Sequence record: LC727701.1
Strand: one strand, 5' to 3'
Length of the DNA stretch: 64,000 bases
Shown here: piece after piece, positions 11,797 through 28,947 of the stretch
How positions within the stretch are numbered: the stretch's first letter is position 1
Layout of the letters: every line of letters begins with the position of its first letter
The notes under the pieces: model-generated
Seen by the model: only the letters and a program-made list of their open reading frames with translations
What the model was told of the DNA's origin: nothing
Databases searched by the model: none
Program-made: the position numbers and the translations under genes

Positions 11797-20560
<8,764 letters not shown>

Positions 20561-20618
20561 ATACTTGGAATAGTTATTTATTGTAACCATTCTTAAACCA
20601 ATGTAATAGGTAATTAAC

Positions 20619-20924
20619 ATGTCTCTACTTAAAAAGATCGGTCTAGCTTTAATTGGATCAGAAGGACGTAAGGAAGTTTTTGAACAAGAATTAACTAAAC
20701 TATCAAATTCTAATGCAGTTATTGATCAAATGGTGATTAATTTACTGGGTAGTAAGAAGAAGTTAGATGACTTCCTAATTAAAGCTGAAGAAATTGATAA
20801 TAAGAAACTAGGCTTCATTAAAAATCGAGCCGAACTTATTAAACTAGTCAAATCTAAATATTCACAAGACCCTCGGGTTGCCGATGTAGTAGTGTCACTT
20901 TACATTGGTGGTTTCATTTATTGA
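20619..20924 (+). CDS. Hypothetical helical protein (101 aa)
   Basis: AGGT RBS; no terminator separates it from the gp182-like gene. Confidence 0.7.
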   Translation: MSLLKKIGLALIGSEGRKEVFEQELTKLSNSNAVIDQMVINLLGSKKKLDDFLIKAEEIDNKKLGFIKNRAELIKLVKSKYSQDPRVADVVVSLYIGGFIY

Positions 20925-20931
20925 GGTAAGT

Positions 20932-21624
20932 ATGTCTAAACCTAATCTTGAGTGGTTAGCTTCCTTAGAAAGTAAAGAAGCTAAGAGTACAGTAGATTCT
21001 TCCGATATGGATAATGATCAAAAGGAAGGTAGCGATAAGTCTCAACAAGATGAAGCTACTGAACCTGAGAAGAAAATTACTGCAACTGATGTACAAATTG
21101 CAATTGAAGAATATGCGCGTATCCGTGCATTAACCACTACTAAAGATCTTCCAACTGACCCTGAACCAGGTGATACTTATCATGTAAATGGGGTAGATTG
21201 GATTTATCAAGAAGATGGTGGATGGGTAACTATGCAAGGTATTTATGGCCATGAACATTTTGATGAAAATGGTCTAAATATTGAAGCAAGTGGTATTGAT
21301 CAGAAATCAGGTGCAACTAAACGTTATGTGGTAACTGGTTATAATGCTCAGACTAACCCAGCTGCTATGCCTGGTGATAATCTGACTGAATGTGTTATCC
21401 TAATGCAGAATGGACTTGTTCCAGAAGTTGGTGTAAATGGCCTAACTGCTGACTGTCTACTTAAAATCGTTAAAGATTTATTTGAAGGTTATCAAGCAGG
21501 CCCATTTGCATGTGAAGAGAATCAGGTAGTGATTAATTCAATGGACCGTGCTCTTAGTGCAATTCATCAACGCCTCGTAAGACGTAAAGAACAAGGTACT
21601 GAAGGTACCTATAGTGGTAATTGA
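20932..21624 (+). CDS. tad1: Tad1-like anti-Thoeris/anti-CBASS nucleotide-sponge protein with acidic N-terminal extension (gp184-like, 230 aa)
   Basis: GAGGT RBS before ATG 20932; C-terminal MQNGLVPEVGVNGL..LLKIVKD..YQAGPFACEEN..ALSAIHQRLVRRKEQGTEGT matches the recalled Tad1 signature (FQxG..NG..DLLxIVxDRLxxFQAGPFxxREN..AL..R...R...GT). Confidence 0.8.
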   Translation: MSKPNLEWLASLESKEAKSTVDSSDMDNDQKEGSDKSQQDEATEPEKKITATDVQIAIEEYARIRALTTTKDLPTDPEPGDTYHVNGVDWIYQEDGGWVTMQGIYGHEHFDENGLNIEASGIDQKSGATKRYVVTGYNAQTNPAAMPGDNLTECVILMQNGLVPEVGVNGLTADCLLKIVKDLFEGYQAGPFACEENQVVINSMDRALSAIHQRLVRRKEQGTEGTYSGN

Positions 21625-21657
21625 CATAAATGCCTCCCTTCGGGGAGGCTTTATTTC
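21624..21657 (+). terminator. Intrinsic terminator, UUCG-loop family
   Basis: ACATAAATGCCTCCC-TTCG-GGGAGGCTTTATTTC; identical 34 bp at 56729-56762. Confidence 0.85.
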
Positions 21658-21659
21658 GT

Positions 21660-21690
21660 ATTAAAAAAAATTTGAGATTTATATTACTAG
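21660..21690 (+). promoter_or_regulatory. phiKZ-type early (vRNAP) promoter
   Basis: AT-rich tract, TTTGAGAT, then TATATTAC at 21680-21687. Confidence 0.8.
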
Positions 21691-21732
21691 TGTGTAATTA
21701 GGAAACCATCTATCTAGTAAAGAGGAATCACA

Positions 21733-22287
21733 ATGAGCGTTGTAATTTTCACTGCCAGACCTATTGGTTATAAAGTTCCTGGCGCTAATTCCACTGTAAA
21801 TAAGTTTGCACTAAATACAGCTAATGCACCTAGTGTATATAGTTCTTCACCAGGATCACCAATTACTGCTCAGGAGAGTAGTTGTATCTATACACTCACT
21901 TCAAATCATGAGTTAATCGCTGGGGACACCGATAAAGATAACTCCCTAATGAGTTTCAAACTAGTGCTTGCGTATAATAACGATACAGCTAATTATCTAA
22001 TTAGTACGCAGGTTATTGATAGTATCGATAAACTAAAAGGAGTGGAAATTATTAGTGAACTCAGTTTCAGTGTAATTGATACTGGTGCACATATGATCCG
22101 TAGAGTGAATTCGATCGGTGTATGTGAGGCTGTCGCCGCTCGATGGTCTCCAGTTGCAATTGAACACGTGGCTAAAGCAACCGAGCGTGAGCACCCTGGT
22201 ACTCCCATCGGTGATGCTCGTGAGATGATCGACTCTGGTGAAGACCTGGGTGACGTATGTACTTCATATATCAAATCGAGTAACTAG
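21733..22287 (+). CDS. Hypothetical early protein (184 aa)
   Basis: AGAGGA RBS; first gene after early promoter. Confidence 0.75.
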   Translation: MSVVIFTARPIGYKVPGANSTVNKFALNTANAPSVYSSSPGSPITAQESSCIYTLTSNHELIAGDTDKDNSLMSFKLVLAYNNDTANYLISTQVIDSIDKLKGVEIISELSFSVIDTGAHMIRRVNSIGVCEAVAARWSPVAIEHVAKATEREHPGTPIGDAREMIDSGEDLGDVCTSYIKSSN

Positions 22288-22288
22288 C

Positions 22289-22531
22289 ATGGTAGATAAA
22301 GACAAAACAATGGTAGATTTGATTAAGTCAGCGCAAGAACTGACTTCACATCTTGGCCCACTGAATAAAGTATTAACTACCATTAATCTAATTGGTATGC
22401 CAGATGCTTTAAAAGAAGTAGTTAAACTCCCCGATGTAAAATGTGTTGTATATAAACGACCATTAACTGATAATCTAATTAAGGTTGTCTTTAATGATGG
22501 TAGTTGCTTTGTGATAAAAGATGTAAATTAA
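22289..22531 (+). CDS. Hypothetical protein (~80 aa)
   Basis: ATG at 22289 directly after the upstream stop, preferred to the track start at 22238. Confidence 0.6.
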   Translation: MVDKDKTMVDLIKSAQELTSHLGPLNKVLTTINLIGMPDALKEVVKLPDVKCVVYKRPLTDNLIKVVFNDGSCFVIKDVN

Positions 22532-22561
22532 ACCACCACCGTAAATAGAGAGAGTACTAAA

Positions 22562-22966
22562 ATGTCCATCGAAACCACCAAGAAGTTTATCGAAACCCAC
22601 AACCTAAATGAAAAAGTAAGCATGTCTGATGCCGGGGTATTTGAGATCCCTGACGGTCTATTTGAAGAAGTTGTTCTTCAACCAGCAGGCGTTACTGCCG
22701 AGCAGTATGCGCAGGTACATGAAGGTGCAGGTCAACTAGCAGCGGCTGTAAGTTATGTATTTGCTGAAAAAGCCGCACCGTACATGAAAGAAAATGAAAG
22801 CATTGCTGAGCTTGGTTATTCTTATAATGCAGGCGGTGCAACTGTTTCTGGTATCATTGATCGCAGTGGTGCTCTTGTAACAGTTGTAGATACCAAATAT
22901 AAGAGTAGCGCTATGACTGACGTTGTTGAAAGTGTAGCCAGCTTCTTTGAAGATGTCAATAGCTAA
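22562..22966 (+). CDS. Hypothetical protein (134 aa)
   Basis: GAGAG RBS; codon usage rich in GGT/GCT/C-ending codons suggests high expression. Confidence 0.8.
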   Translation: MSIETTKKFIETHNLNEKVSMSDAGVFEIPDGLFEEVVLQPAGVTAEQYAQVHEGAGQLAAAVSYVFAEKAAPYMKENESIAELGYSYNAGGATVSGIIDRSGALVTVVDTKYKSSAMTDVVESVASFFEDVNS

Positions 22967-22993
22967 TATATACTAGCTATTTCAATATAATAA

Positions 22994-23027
22994 GATCAGT
23001 GGGTGCATTGCCCACTGGTCATTTTTT
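22994..23027 (+). terminator. Intrinsic terminator
   Basis: GATCAGTGGG..CCCACTGGTC followed by ATTTTTT. Confidence 0.8.
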
Positions 23028-23086
23028 ATATTAAAAAAGTTTAATGGCTAAATAGTACATTTTAATAATTTAAGGAACTGAGTATT

Positions 23087-23416
23087 ATGGCGGATCAGAA
23101 TTTATTTAAAGAAGTTCATGGTGATAATAAAAAATCACATTCTGACAATATCAAATATAATCTAGTTATTGCAATTGTACAAACTGCCCGTCAAAAAGCC
23201 ATTTCTCAAAAAGTATTGATTGATGATGTTTTCACTAAACTAGGCATCTCTGATGAACTTAGTGAGAATATTAAAATGTTTAATTTACCAGCTTTAAGCA
23301 TTGATGTATTAGTTGATGTTCTATATAGCTTAGGTTATAGAGCTTCATTAGAATTATCGCAACAAGATTTAGAAGATAATGTTGAAGCAGTAATTAAACT
23401 TAAGATGAGGGATTAG
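23087..23416 (+). CDS. Possible XRE-family helix-turn-helix protein
   Basis: AAGGA RBS; C-terminal LSIDVLVDVLYSLGYRASLELS resembles the XRE/HigA-type tail pattern. Confidence 0.45.
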   Translation: MADQNLFKEVHGDNKKSHSDNIKYNLVIAIVQTARQKAISQKVLIDDVFTKLGISDELSENIKMFNLPALSIDVLVDVLYSLGYRASLELSQQDLEDNVEAVIKLKMRD

Positions 23417-23418
23417 TA

Positions 23419-24477
23419 ATGAATGGTTTATTTGTATGTATCGAAGGAACTGAAGGTGTTGGTAAAACAACTGTTACAAAGATGGTTGTTGAGGAACTAC
23501 GTAAGCGCAATTACGATGTAGTAGCAATGCGTGAACCAGGTGGTACAGCTACATCGGAAAAGATTCGACAAATGTTAATTTGGCCAGAATTTAAAGATGA
23601 AGTTCGTCCGCCAGAATTCGATGTATTGATGCATAGTGCAGGTAGGATGCTTAATGTAGAAAACATTATTCGACCTGCTTTAAAAGATGATAAAATCGTT
23701 ATCACTGAACGTTTCATTGCATCTACTTATGCTCTTAATGTAGTACCTTTTGAAGAAACTAATCCATACCTATCAAAACTATTTATGGATATTCTTCAAG
23801 GAACACTACATTCTATTCCAGAACCGGCTACTTTCTTTTTAACTGCTCCTGAAGAAGTTCGTAAAAAACGAATTGAAATGCGCGACCGAGGTCTTGACTA
23901 TTATGAGTCTAAGGGTTCCAGTTACTTTAATAAAGTAGATGAAGGTTATGGACGCTTAATTAATCAACCTAGTTCAATTGTTGTAGATACCAATCGCGAT
24001 CTAGACATCATTGTTAATGAGATTGTTGAATCAATTATTTTCCTGCGTGATAAACAGAAAAATAAACAATCATCATTTGATGAACAACTAGCTAAAACTA
24101 CAACTAGTGATCAGTTTGATGATAGTGTAAGTTCTGAAATACCATGGAATGATGAACAGCAAGAAGATACTGTCGCAACAACCGATGACACTATTAATTT
24201 TGATCTAGATGCTGAAATCAGTAAGTATCTTGATGAAAATATTATCCCTCAGTTATTCGAAGGTGATGATCGTTTCCTTGCATCTGGTAAGGTTGTGGCA
24301 CAGAAGTACTGCCAACGAGTTTACGATCAGCTACCTGATAGTGAAAAGCACAAGATGTTCTTAGGTTCAAATAAAGAACGTCTAAATCAACAAATTCATA
24401 GTTTACTTTACTATGGACATCAATTAGATGCATTCATTGCAGAAAATGATCTAATTGGTAAAACACTCTGGAAATAA
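23419..24477 (+). CDS. tmk: Thymidylate kinase with ~140-aa acidic C-terminal extension
   Basis: IEGTEGVGKTT P-loop, REPGGT, ERFIASTYA; AAA ~210 aa kinase core followed by an extra domain. Confidence 0.9.
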   Translation: MNGLFVCIEGTEGVGKTTVTKMVVEELRKRNYDVVAMREPGGTATSEKIRQMLIWPEFKDEVRPPEFDVLMHSAGRMLNVENIIRPALKDDKIVITERFIASTYALNVVPFEETNPYLSKLFMDILQGTLHSIPEPATFFLTAPEEVRKKRIEMRDRGLDYYESKGSSYFNKVDEGYGRLINQPSSIVVDTNRDLDIIVNEIVESIIFLRDKQKNKQSSFDEQLAKTTTSDQFDDSVSSEIPWNDEQQEDTVATTDDTINFDLDAEISKYLDENIIPQLFEGDDRFLASGKVVAQKYCQRVYDQLPDSEKHKMFLGSNKERLNQQIHSLLYYGHQLDAFIAENDLIGKTLWK

Positions 24478-24514
24478 AATTAATTTATTATTTCGTAATT
24501 GGTGAAGAAATTAA

Positions 24515-24766
24515 ATGAGCACTACCCTGACTCTGAAAGAATCTAAATACATCCCTGCAACTAATCTAGATAACCTAGAAGATTATATTGGTCGTACTTT
24601 TCTAGTCGAACGAAATGGCGTGTCTACAGCGCATAAGCTAATTAAACTCTCTCGCCGAGATGTTTATCTTGGTTATCCGGATGGTAGGGAAGATTCATTT
24701 ACATTGTCTATTAATAAATTCCGGAAGTTTTATAAACTAGCACCATCTAATCGCGATAAAAAATAA
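24515..24766 (+). CDS. Hypothetical small basic protein (83 aa)
   Basis: ORF between tmk and a terminator. Confidence 0.7.
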   Translation: MSTTLTLKESKYIPATNLDNLEDYIGRTFLVERNGVSTAHKLIKLSRRDVYLGYPDGREDSFTLSINKFRKFYKLAPSNRDKK

Positions 24767-24779
24767 AATACGATATAAT

Positions 24780-24810
24780 AGAGTCCCCATTACGGGGACT
24801 CTTCTTTATA
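24780..24810 (+). terminator. Intrinsic terminator
   Basis: AGAGTCCCC-ATTAC-GGGGACTCT then TCTTTAT. Confidence 0.8.
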
Positions 24811-24835
24811 ATTTTTTTGTTAAAAGGTATATCAA

Positions 24836-25276
24836 GTGTTCAATAGAATTGTTAGAGCTTTTCACATTATCGATAAAGACCAATCTAAACATGGTGAACT
24901 AGATCTACCACAATGGCCAGCCTATGTATCGGTTACTCCTAAAGTTATCGATATTAGGGATAAAGAATTTAATTATCATGGTTTTATTTCACATATCAAT
25001 GCCCCTTTAAAAGTTATAAAACCAGATGAATATATTAAAGCCAGGTATACTTTATCTTCATACTTTATCCATCAGAATGAAGGAGATGATGATCCAGTTG
25101 ATGCACCAGGTTTTAGTATTGACATTGAATACAGGTTAGTTACTCAAAATACTAAGATATGGCATTTAGATATCAACATCATCACTGATAAATCAATTAG
25201 TTACAATATCGAAAGTATTCTAAATGCGGAATTCATGTGTCAATGTCCATTTAATCTTTATATAAACGGTAAATAG
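24836..25276 (+). CDS. Hypothetical protein (146 aa)
   Basis: GTG start with AAAGGT RBS. Confidence 0.65.
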   Translation: MFNRIVRAFHIIDKDQSKHGELDLPQWPAYVSVTPKVIDIRDKEFNYHGFISHINAPLKVIKPDEYIKARYTLSSYFIHQNEGDDDPVDAPGFSIDIEYRLVTQNTKIWHLDINIITDKSISYNIESILNAEFMCQCPFNLYINGK

Positions 25277-25303
25277 CTAATCATTTATAATAGAGGAAAG
25301 AGT

Positions 25304-26095
25304 ATGTTTAAATCCTTGAACTTTAACTACACCACTCAACCTTCTACTGAAGGTATCTGTTTGTATATCGGTCATGGCGATATTGGACTACTTGAGGGTA
25401 ATAAATTTTCAACTGATATTACTAAGAAATTAGAACAATGTCCTTATTACCTACATGTTACTGTTGGTGAATCAAATACAGCTAACCAATTGACCATTAC
25501 TGGTTATACTAATAACCAACCTAACATCCGTAGTTGGCATGGTCAAGAAGCTATGGACATTCTGCTGAATAATATCAACAGCAATAACAATGTGGTGCAA
25601 CGAGAACTTAACTTTGAAGTACTCATTGAATCAGTTGAACGTAAAGACCCGCGCGTTATTATACTAATGGCGCTAGGTGCACTTCCATCTCAAGATTACC
25701 CTAGTCATTTTAATGATTTAGCATCCGATAAGCAACTATTCAAACGAGAAGGCTCTTTCATTGATTATAATGAAAAAGAATATAGTGATACATACAATAC
25801 CATTACACGCAAATTATTTAACCTGTGTGGCTGTGGTCATCCAGAAGCAGAGTTGCGTTATATTGATGACGTATTGGATATATATCGCCAAGGTTGGAAT
25901 ACTTCTAAACGTAATGAATGTGATAAGAAATATGGATTTGGTCCGACTACATTCATGCTACATTATCTAGATAGTCTTGGATTTGCCGAGCATGGTACAG
26001 GCGCGGCCGGTTGGCTGCTCGATGAAGGTGCATGGGTTAATGTATTAGTAAAATTGGCAATTAAGGAAACCGAGGGTGGATGCACTGATGTTTAA
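25304..26095 (+). CDS. Hypothetical two-domain protein with a C-terminal CGCG..EHG motif
   Basis: AGAGGA RBS; LCGCGHPE and LGFAEHGTG..GWL in the C-terminal half. Confidence 0.7.
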   Translation: MFKSLNFNYTTQPSTEGICLYIGHGDIGLLEGNKFSTDITKKLEQCPYYLHVTVGESNTANQLTITGYTNNQPNIRSWHGQEAMDILLNNINSNNNVVQRELNFEVLIESVERKDPRVIILMALGALPSQDYPSHFNDLASDKQLFKREGSFIDYNEKEYSDTYNTITRKLFNLCGCGHPEAELRYIDDVLDIYRQGWNTSKRNECDKKYGFGPTTFMLHYLDSLGFAEHGTGAAGWLLDEGAWVNVLVKLAIKETEGGCTDV

Positions 26096-26813
26096 ATTAT
26101 CGATGCGTGTATTTTGTGCGGTATTTCTGATTAGTATCGGCATGTGTACTAAAGCTAGTGTTAATTACGAACCACTTGCTTTTTATGGTGTACCACTATT
26201 CTACTCTAATCATACTCCGCGAATTGCTCCATGTAACTTCGACCAACAATCTGGACTTGGTAGTTGCGGATGGACTAGTTATCCAGAATATTCAGTTATT
26301 CCATTAGTTAAACCAAGTGATCCAACTAAACAGATTCTTGTTAATTATTCGATGTATCAAGAAGTCATCTGTAATGATGAACAATGCTTTACTTCTGATT
26401 ATCATGAGCCGTATGGTTTACTTTCAGGATTTAAAGGCACCACATATTGGTCTGTGCCAACTGGTTATTATCTACTAAATGGACCCAATGGTGTACATGG
26501 TGTTAAGTTTGGTAACGGACCATTAAAAGATAATTATCCTATTCGTGATATTTACATGATAAATAATGATAGAGATATTGATGGCGAATACCTCTCTCTA
26601 AAAAATACTAAGGGAATTTATAATGTGATGTGTAGTCCATTGACCCAGATGTGTAAATATTTGGGTAAAGAGTACACTCTATTGGAACTAAACCAATTGA
26701 TTCCTTTTGTAAAGACTACCATTTGTGATGAATACCTTTGTTACATCGATAATAGTAAAGGCAAGGTTGCAGGCATAAATCCAAAACGAAAGGATATTTA
26801 TGAGGGGTTATAA
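26076..26813 (+). CDS. Secreted/periplasmic Cys-rich protein
   Basis: Hydrophobic N-terminal signal-like segment (VFCAVFLISIGMCTKA); several short Cys pairs. Confidence 0.7.
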   Translation: MDALMFKLSMRVFCAVFLISIGMCTKASVNYEPLAFYGVPLFYSNHTPRIAPCNFDQQSGLGSCGWTSYPEYSVIPLVKPSDPTKQILVNYSMYQEVICNDEQCFTSDYHEPYGLLSGFKGTTYWSVPTGYYLLNGPNGVHGVKFGNGPLKDNYPIRDIYMINNDRDIDGEYLSLKNTKGIYNVMCSPLTQMCKYLGKEYTLLELNQLIPFVKTTICDEYLCYIDNSKGKVAGINPKRKDIYEGL

Positions 26814-27175
26814 TGAATATTACCAATATAAAGCTCATCCAAACGATGGATGATGTATTGAAGGAACTCACGAAATATCATGATAACCTCAAGTCTCATG
26901 TAGATATTAAAATAGAGGTTTCACCGTGGGGCGCTAAGTGTACACTCTTGTCTGAGGATACGGTTCGTAAGGTAGTTGTTGAAATCAATATAGATAAACC
27001 ACTAAATATGTGCGTAACCTATTTCTTTGATGAGAAAGTGGTTACTAAGATCAACAAAGATAATTCACATCACCATACTGAATTAGCTAAACAAATAAAT
27101 ACGTTCTTTTCGGATACAAGTATCCCAACACGAACATTCGATTACCATGGGTTCCTAGATTATATTGGATTCTAA
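26813..27175 (+). CDS. Hypothetical protein (120 aa)
   Basis: TAATG overlap with upstream gene; GAGGGG RBS. Confidence 0.75.
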   Translation: MNITNIKLIQTMDDVLKELTKYHDNLKSHVDIKIEVSPWGAKCTLLSEDTVRKVVVEINIDKPLNMCVTYFFDEKVVTKINKDNSHHHTELAKQINTFFSDTSIPTRTFDYHGFLDYIGF

Positions 27176-27187
27176 AAGGAGATTACA

Positions 27188-27544
27188 ATGGGTTCTCTAA
27201 CTCTTGAAACAGGGCGACAGATTGAGCATTATTTGCTGAATGCTATTAGTACCCATATTAATGCATCCCAGATTGACGCTACATTACGTGAAACAGTTAA
27301 TGTCATCGATAACCCTGTAACAAAACGATCTATCGCATATGTGGTTGAAAGGGGCAAGGATATCCGCATTGCAGTTTATGATACTAGTAATGATCATCAT
27401 GCCATGATATCTTATATTGAGTCTGGTGATAGTGAATTTAAAGTTCTTAATATGGCACAGGCTGTTCGGATAACCAAATTCTCATTGAATCAATTTGATG
27501 AAGCAGCAACATGTGCAGTAAACTGGCTTGCCGGGAATCCATAA
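27188..27544 (+). CDS. Hypothetical protein (118 aa)
   Basis: AAGGAG RBS. Confidence 0.8.
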   Translation: MGSLTLETGRQIEHYLLNAISTHINASQIDATLRETVNVIDNPVTKRSIAYVVERGKDIRIAVYDTSNDHHAMISYIESGDSEFKVLNMAQAVRITKFSLNQFDEAATCAVNWLAGNP

Positions 27545-27693
27545 TACGTCATTGATTAAAGTGTCACTACAGCTTAATACTCAATCTCAGTCTAAACACT
27601 GATCTGATTAGATTGAAGACTACTGAGTCAACCCACTATTACCTAATTCTAATTCGATATAGGTAAATTATAAATACTAAATCAGGTAATGTC

Positions 27694-28068
27694 ATGGATT
27701 CATTAAAAATACAAAACATTCTCTTATGCAATAAAGCATTCAAGGCGATTGTCGAACATCCACTTCAGATTAAATCTGATAGGTCTACTAGTATTCAAGT
27801 ATTAAATAATGAATTGAATTATGGGTTGACTTATATCTTTCATGATGCTGATTCCACTAGAACTGTGAAATTAACAGTACGTTACGGTAATGTAGTAATC
27901 TCATTAGTGGATAGTAATAATAGATTAGAAAAAGAATTTATCTTTGATAATGAAACTAGTTATCAATTAATGGGTAAAATAGTTTATTGTTATTTACGTA
28001 AAAATAAAGATGATTATTATCGTGGATTAAGTGATAGTGGATATTTACAATGGCTAGGGATTACTTAA
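27694..28068 (+). CDS. Hypothetical protein (124 aa)
   Basis: AGGT RBS; weak similarity to 26813..27175. Confidence 0.7.
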   Translation: MDSLKIQNILLCNKAFKAIVEHPLQIKSDRSTSIQVLNNELNYGLTYIFHDADSTRTVKLTVRYGNVVISLVDSNNRLEKEFIFDNETSYQLMGKIVYCYLRKNKDDYYRGLSDSGYLQWLGIT

Positions 28069-28069
28069 T

Positions 28070-28432
28070 ATGCTATTTAATAAAGTTATCCGATATTTTA
28101 AAAGAAGGCGGTGTAATACGTCTGAATTAATTGAGATTAATGAACTTATATTAAAAGCAGCTAGACGACAGAATTATGATCTAGGTCATTTAATTAGTTA
28201 TCTTGGCGACGGCAATGATCCAAAATTTATTGATTTTATAAAGAAAGAATATTCTGAGATACATGCTTATTACAATTCCGTATTCAACCCAGCTGACTTC
28301 GGAAAAAACTATAAGACAAAGTTACATTCTGATCTATTAGAAACTGAAACTAAATTAAATAAGTTTAAAGAATTATGTAAAAAACATAATATCGACTATT
28401 CACACATTGTTGAAGATGAAATACCTTTCTAG
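28070..28432 (+). CDS. Hypothetical protein (120 aa)
   Basis: ORF packed between neighbours. Confidence 0.65.
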   Translation: MLFNKVIRYFKRRRCNTSELIEINELILKAARRQNYDLGHLISYLGDGNDPKFIDFIKKEYSEIHAYYNSVFNPADFGKNYKTKLHSDLLETETKLNKFKELCKKHNIDYSHIVEDEIPF

Positions 28433-28443
28433 GCGGAAATAAA

Positions 28444-28806
28444 ATGGAATTAATCAGTGTCAGCTCAATGGCATTATTCTTTGGTTTAATTGTGGCACAC
28501 TTCATCTTTGATTTTTCATTGCAAAATGATTTCATTGCAAAGGCTAAAAATCATACTACTGAACTAGGTTCGCTATACTGGAAATGGGTATTACCCGCGC
28601 ATAGTTTTATGCATGGCGGTGCAGTTTATTTCATCACTGGTTCATTAGTTTTAGGACTTATTGAAGCAATTGCTCATTGCATTATTGATTATTTAAAATG
28701 TGATAATAAAATTACATTTAATCAAGATCAGTGGTTACACATTGGTTTTAAACTGATGTATACTTATCTAATTGTTTACGAAGTACCTTTCGTAATGTAT
28801 GGATAA
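28444..28806 (+). CDS. DUF3307-like membrane protein
   Basis: AHFIFDFSLQ..HSFMH..HCIIDYLK..DQWLH His/Asp pattern with hydrophobic helices. Confidence 0.8.
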   Translation: MELISVSSMALFFGLIVAHFIFDFSLQNDFIAKAKNHTTELGSLYWKWVLPAHSFMHGGAVYFITGSLVLGLIEAIAHCIIDYLKCDNKITFNQDQWLHIGFKLMYTYLIVYEVPFVMYG

Positions 28807-28817
28807 AGTTATATATT

Positions 28818-28846
28818 ACCCTCTCCTTCGGGAGAGGGTTTTATGT
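28818..28846 (+). terminator. Intrinsic terminator, UUCG loop
   Basis: ACCCTCTCC-TTCG-GGAGAGGGT then TTTATG. Confidence 0.85.
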
Positions 28847-28947
28847 TTAATATTTTTTTTGTTAAGTTTTATTACCCAATCTGATAGGGCTATAATGGAG
28901 TTTAGTCTTGTGGAAGTTTATAAAACCCTATTGGGAAGAGAACTACA

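Noticed and set aside
28812-28819. TATATTAC match
   Set aside because: Sits directly before a terminator stem and lacks either promoter-class upstream context
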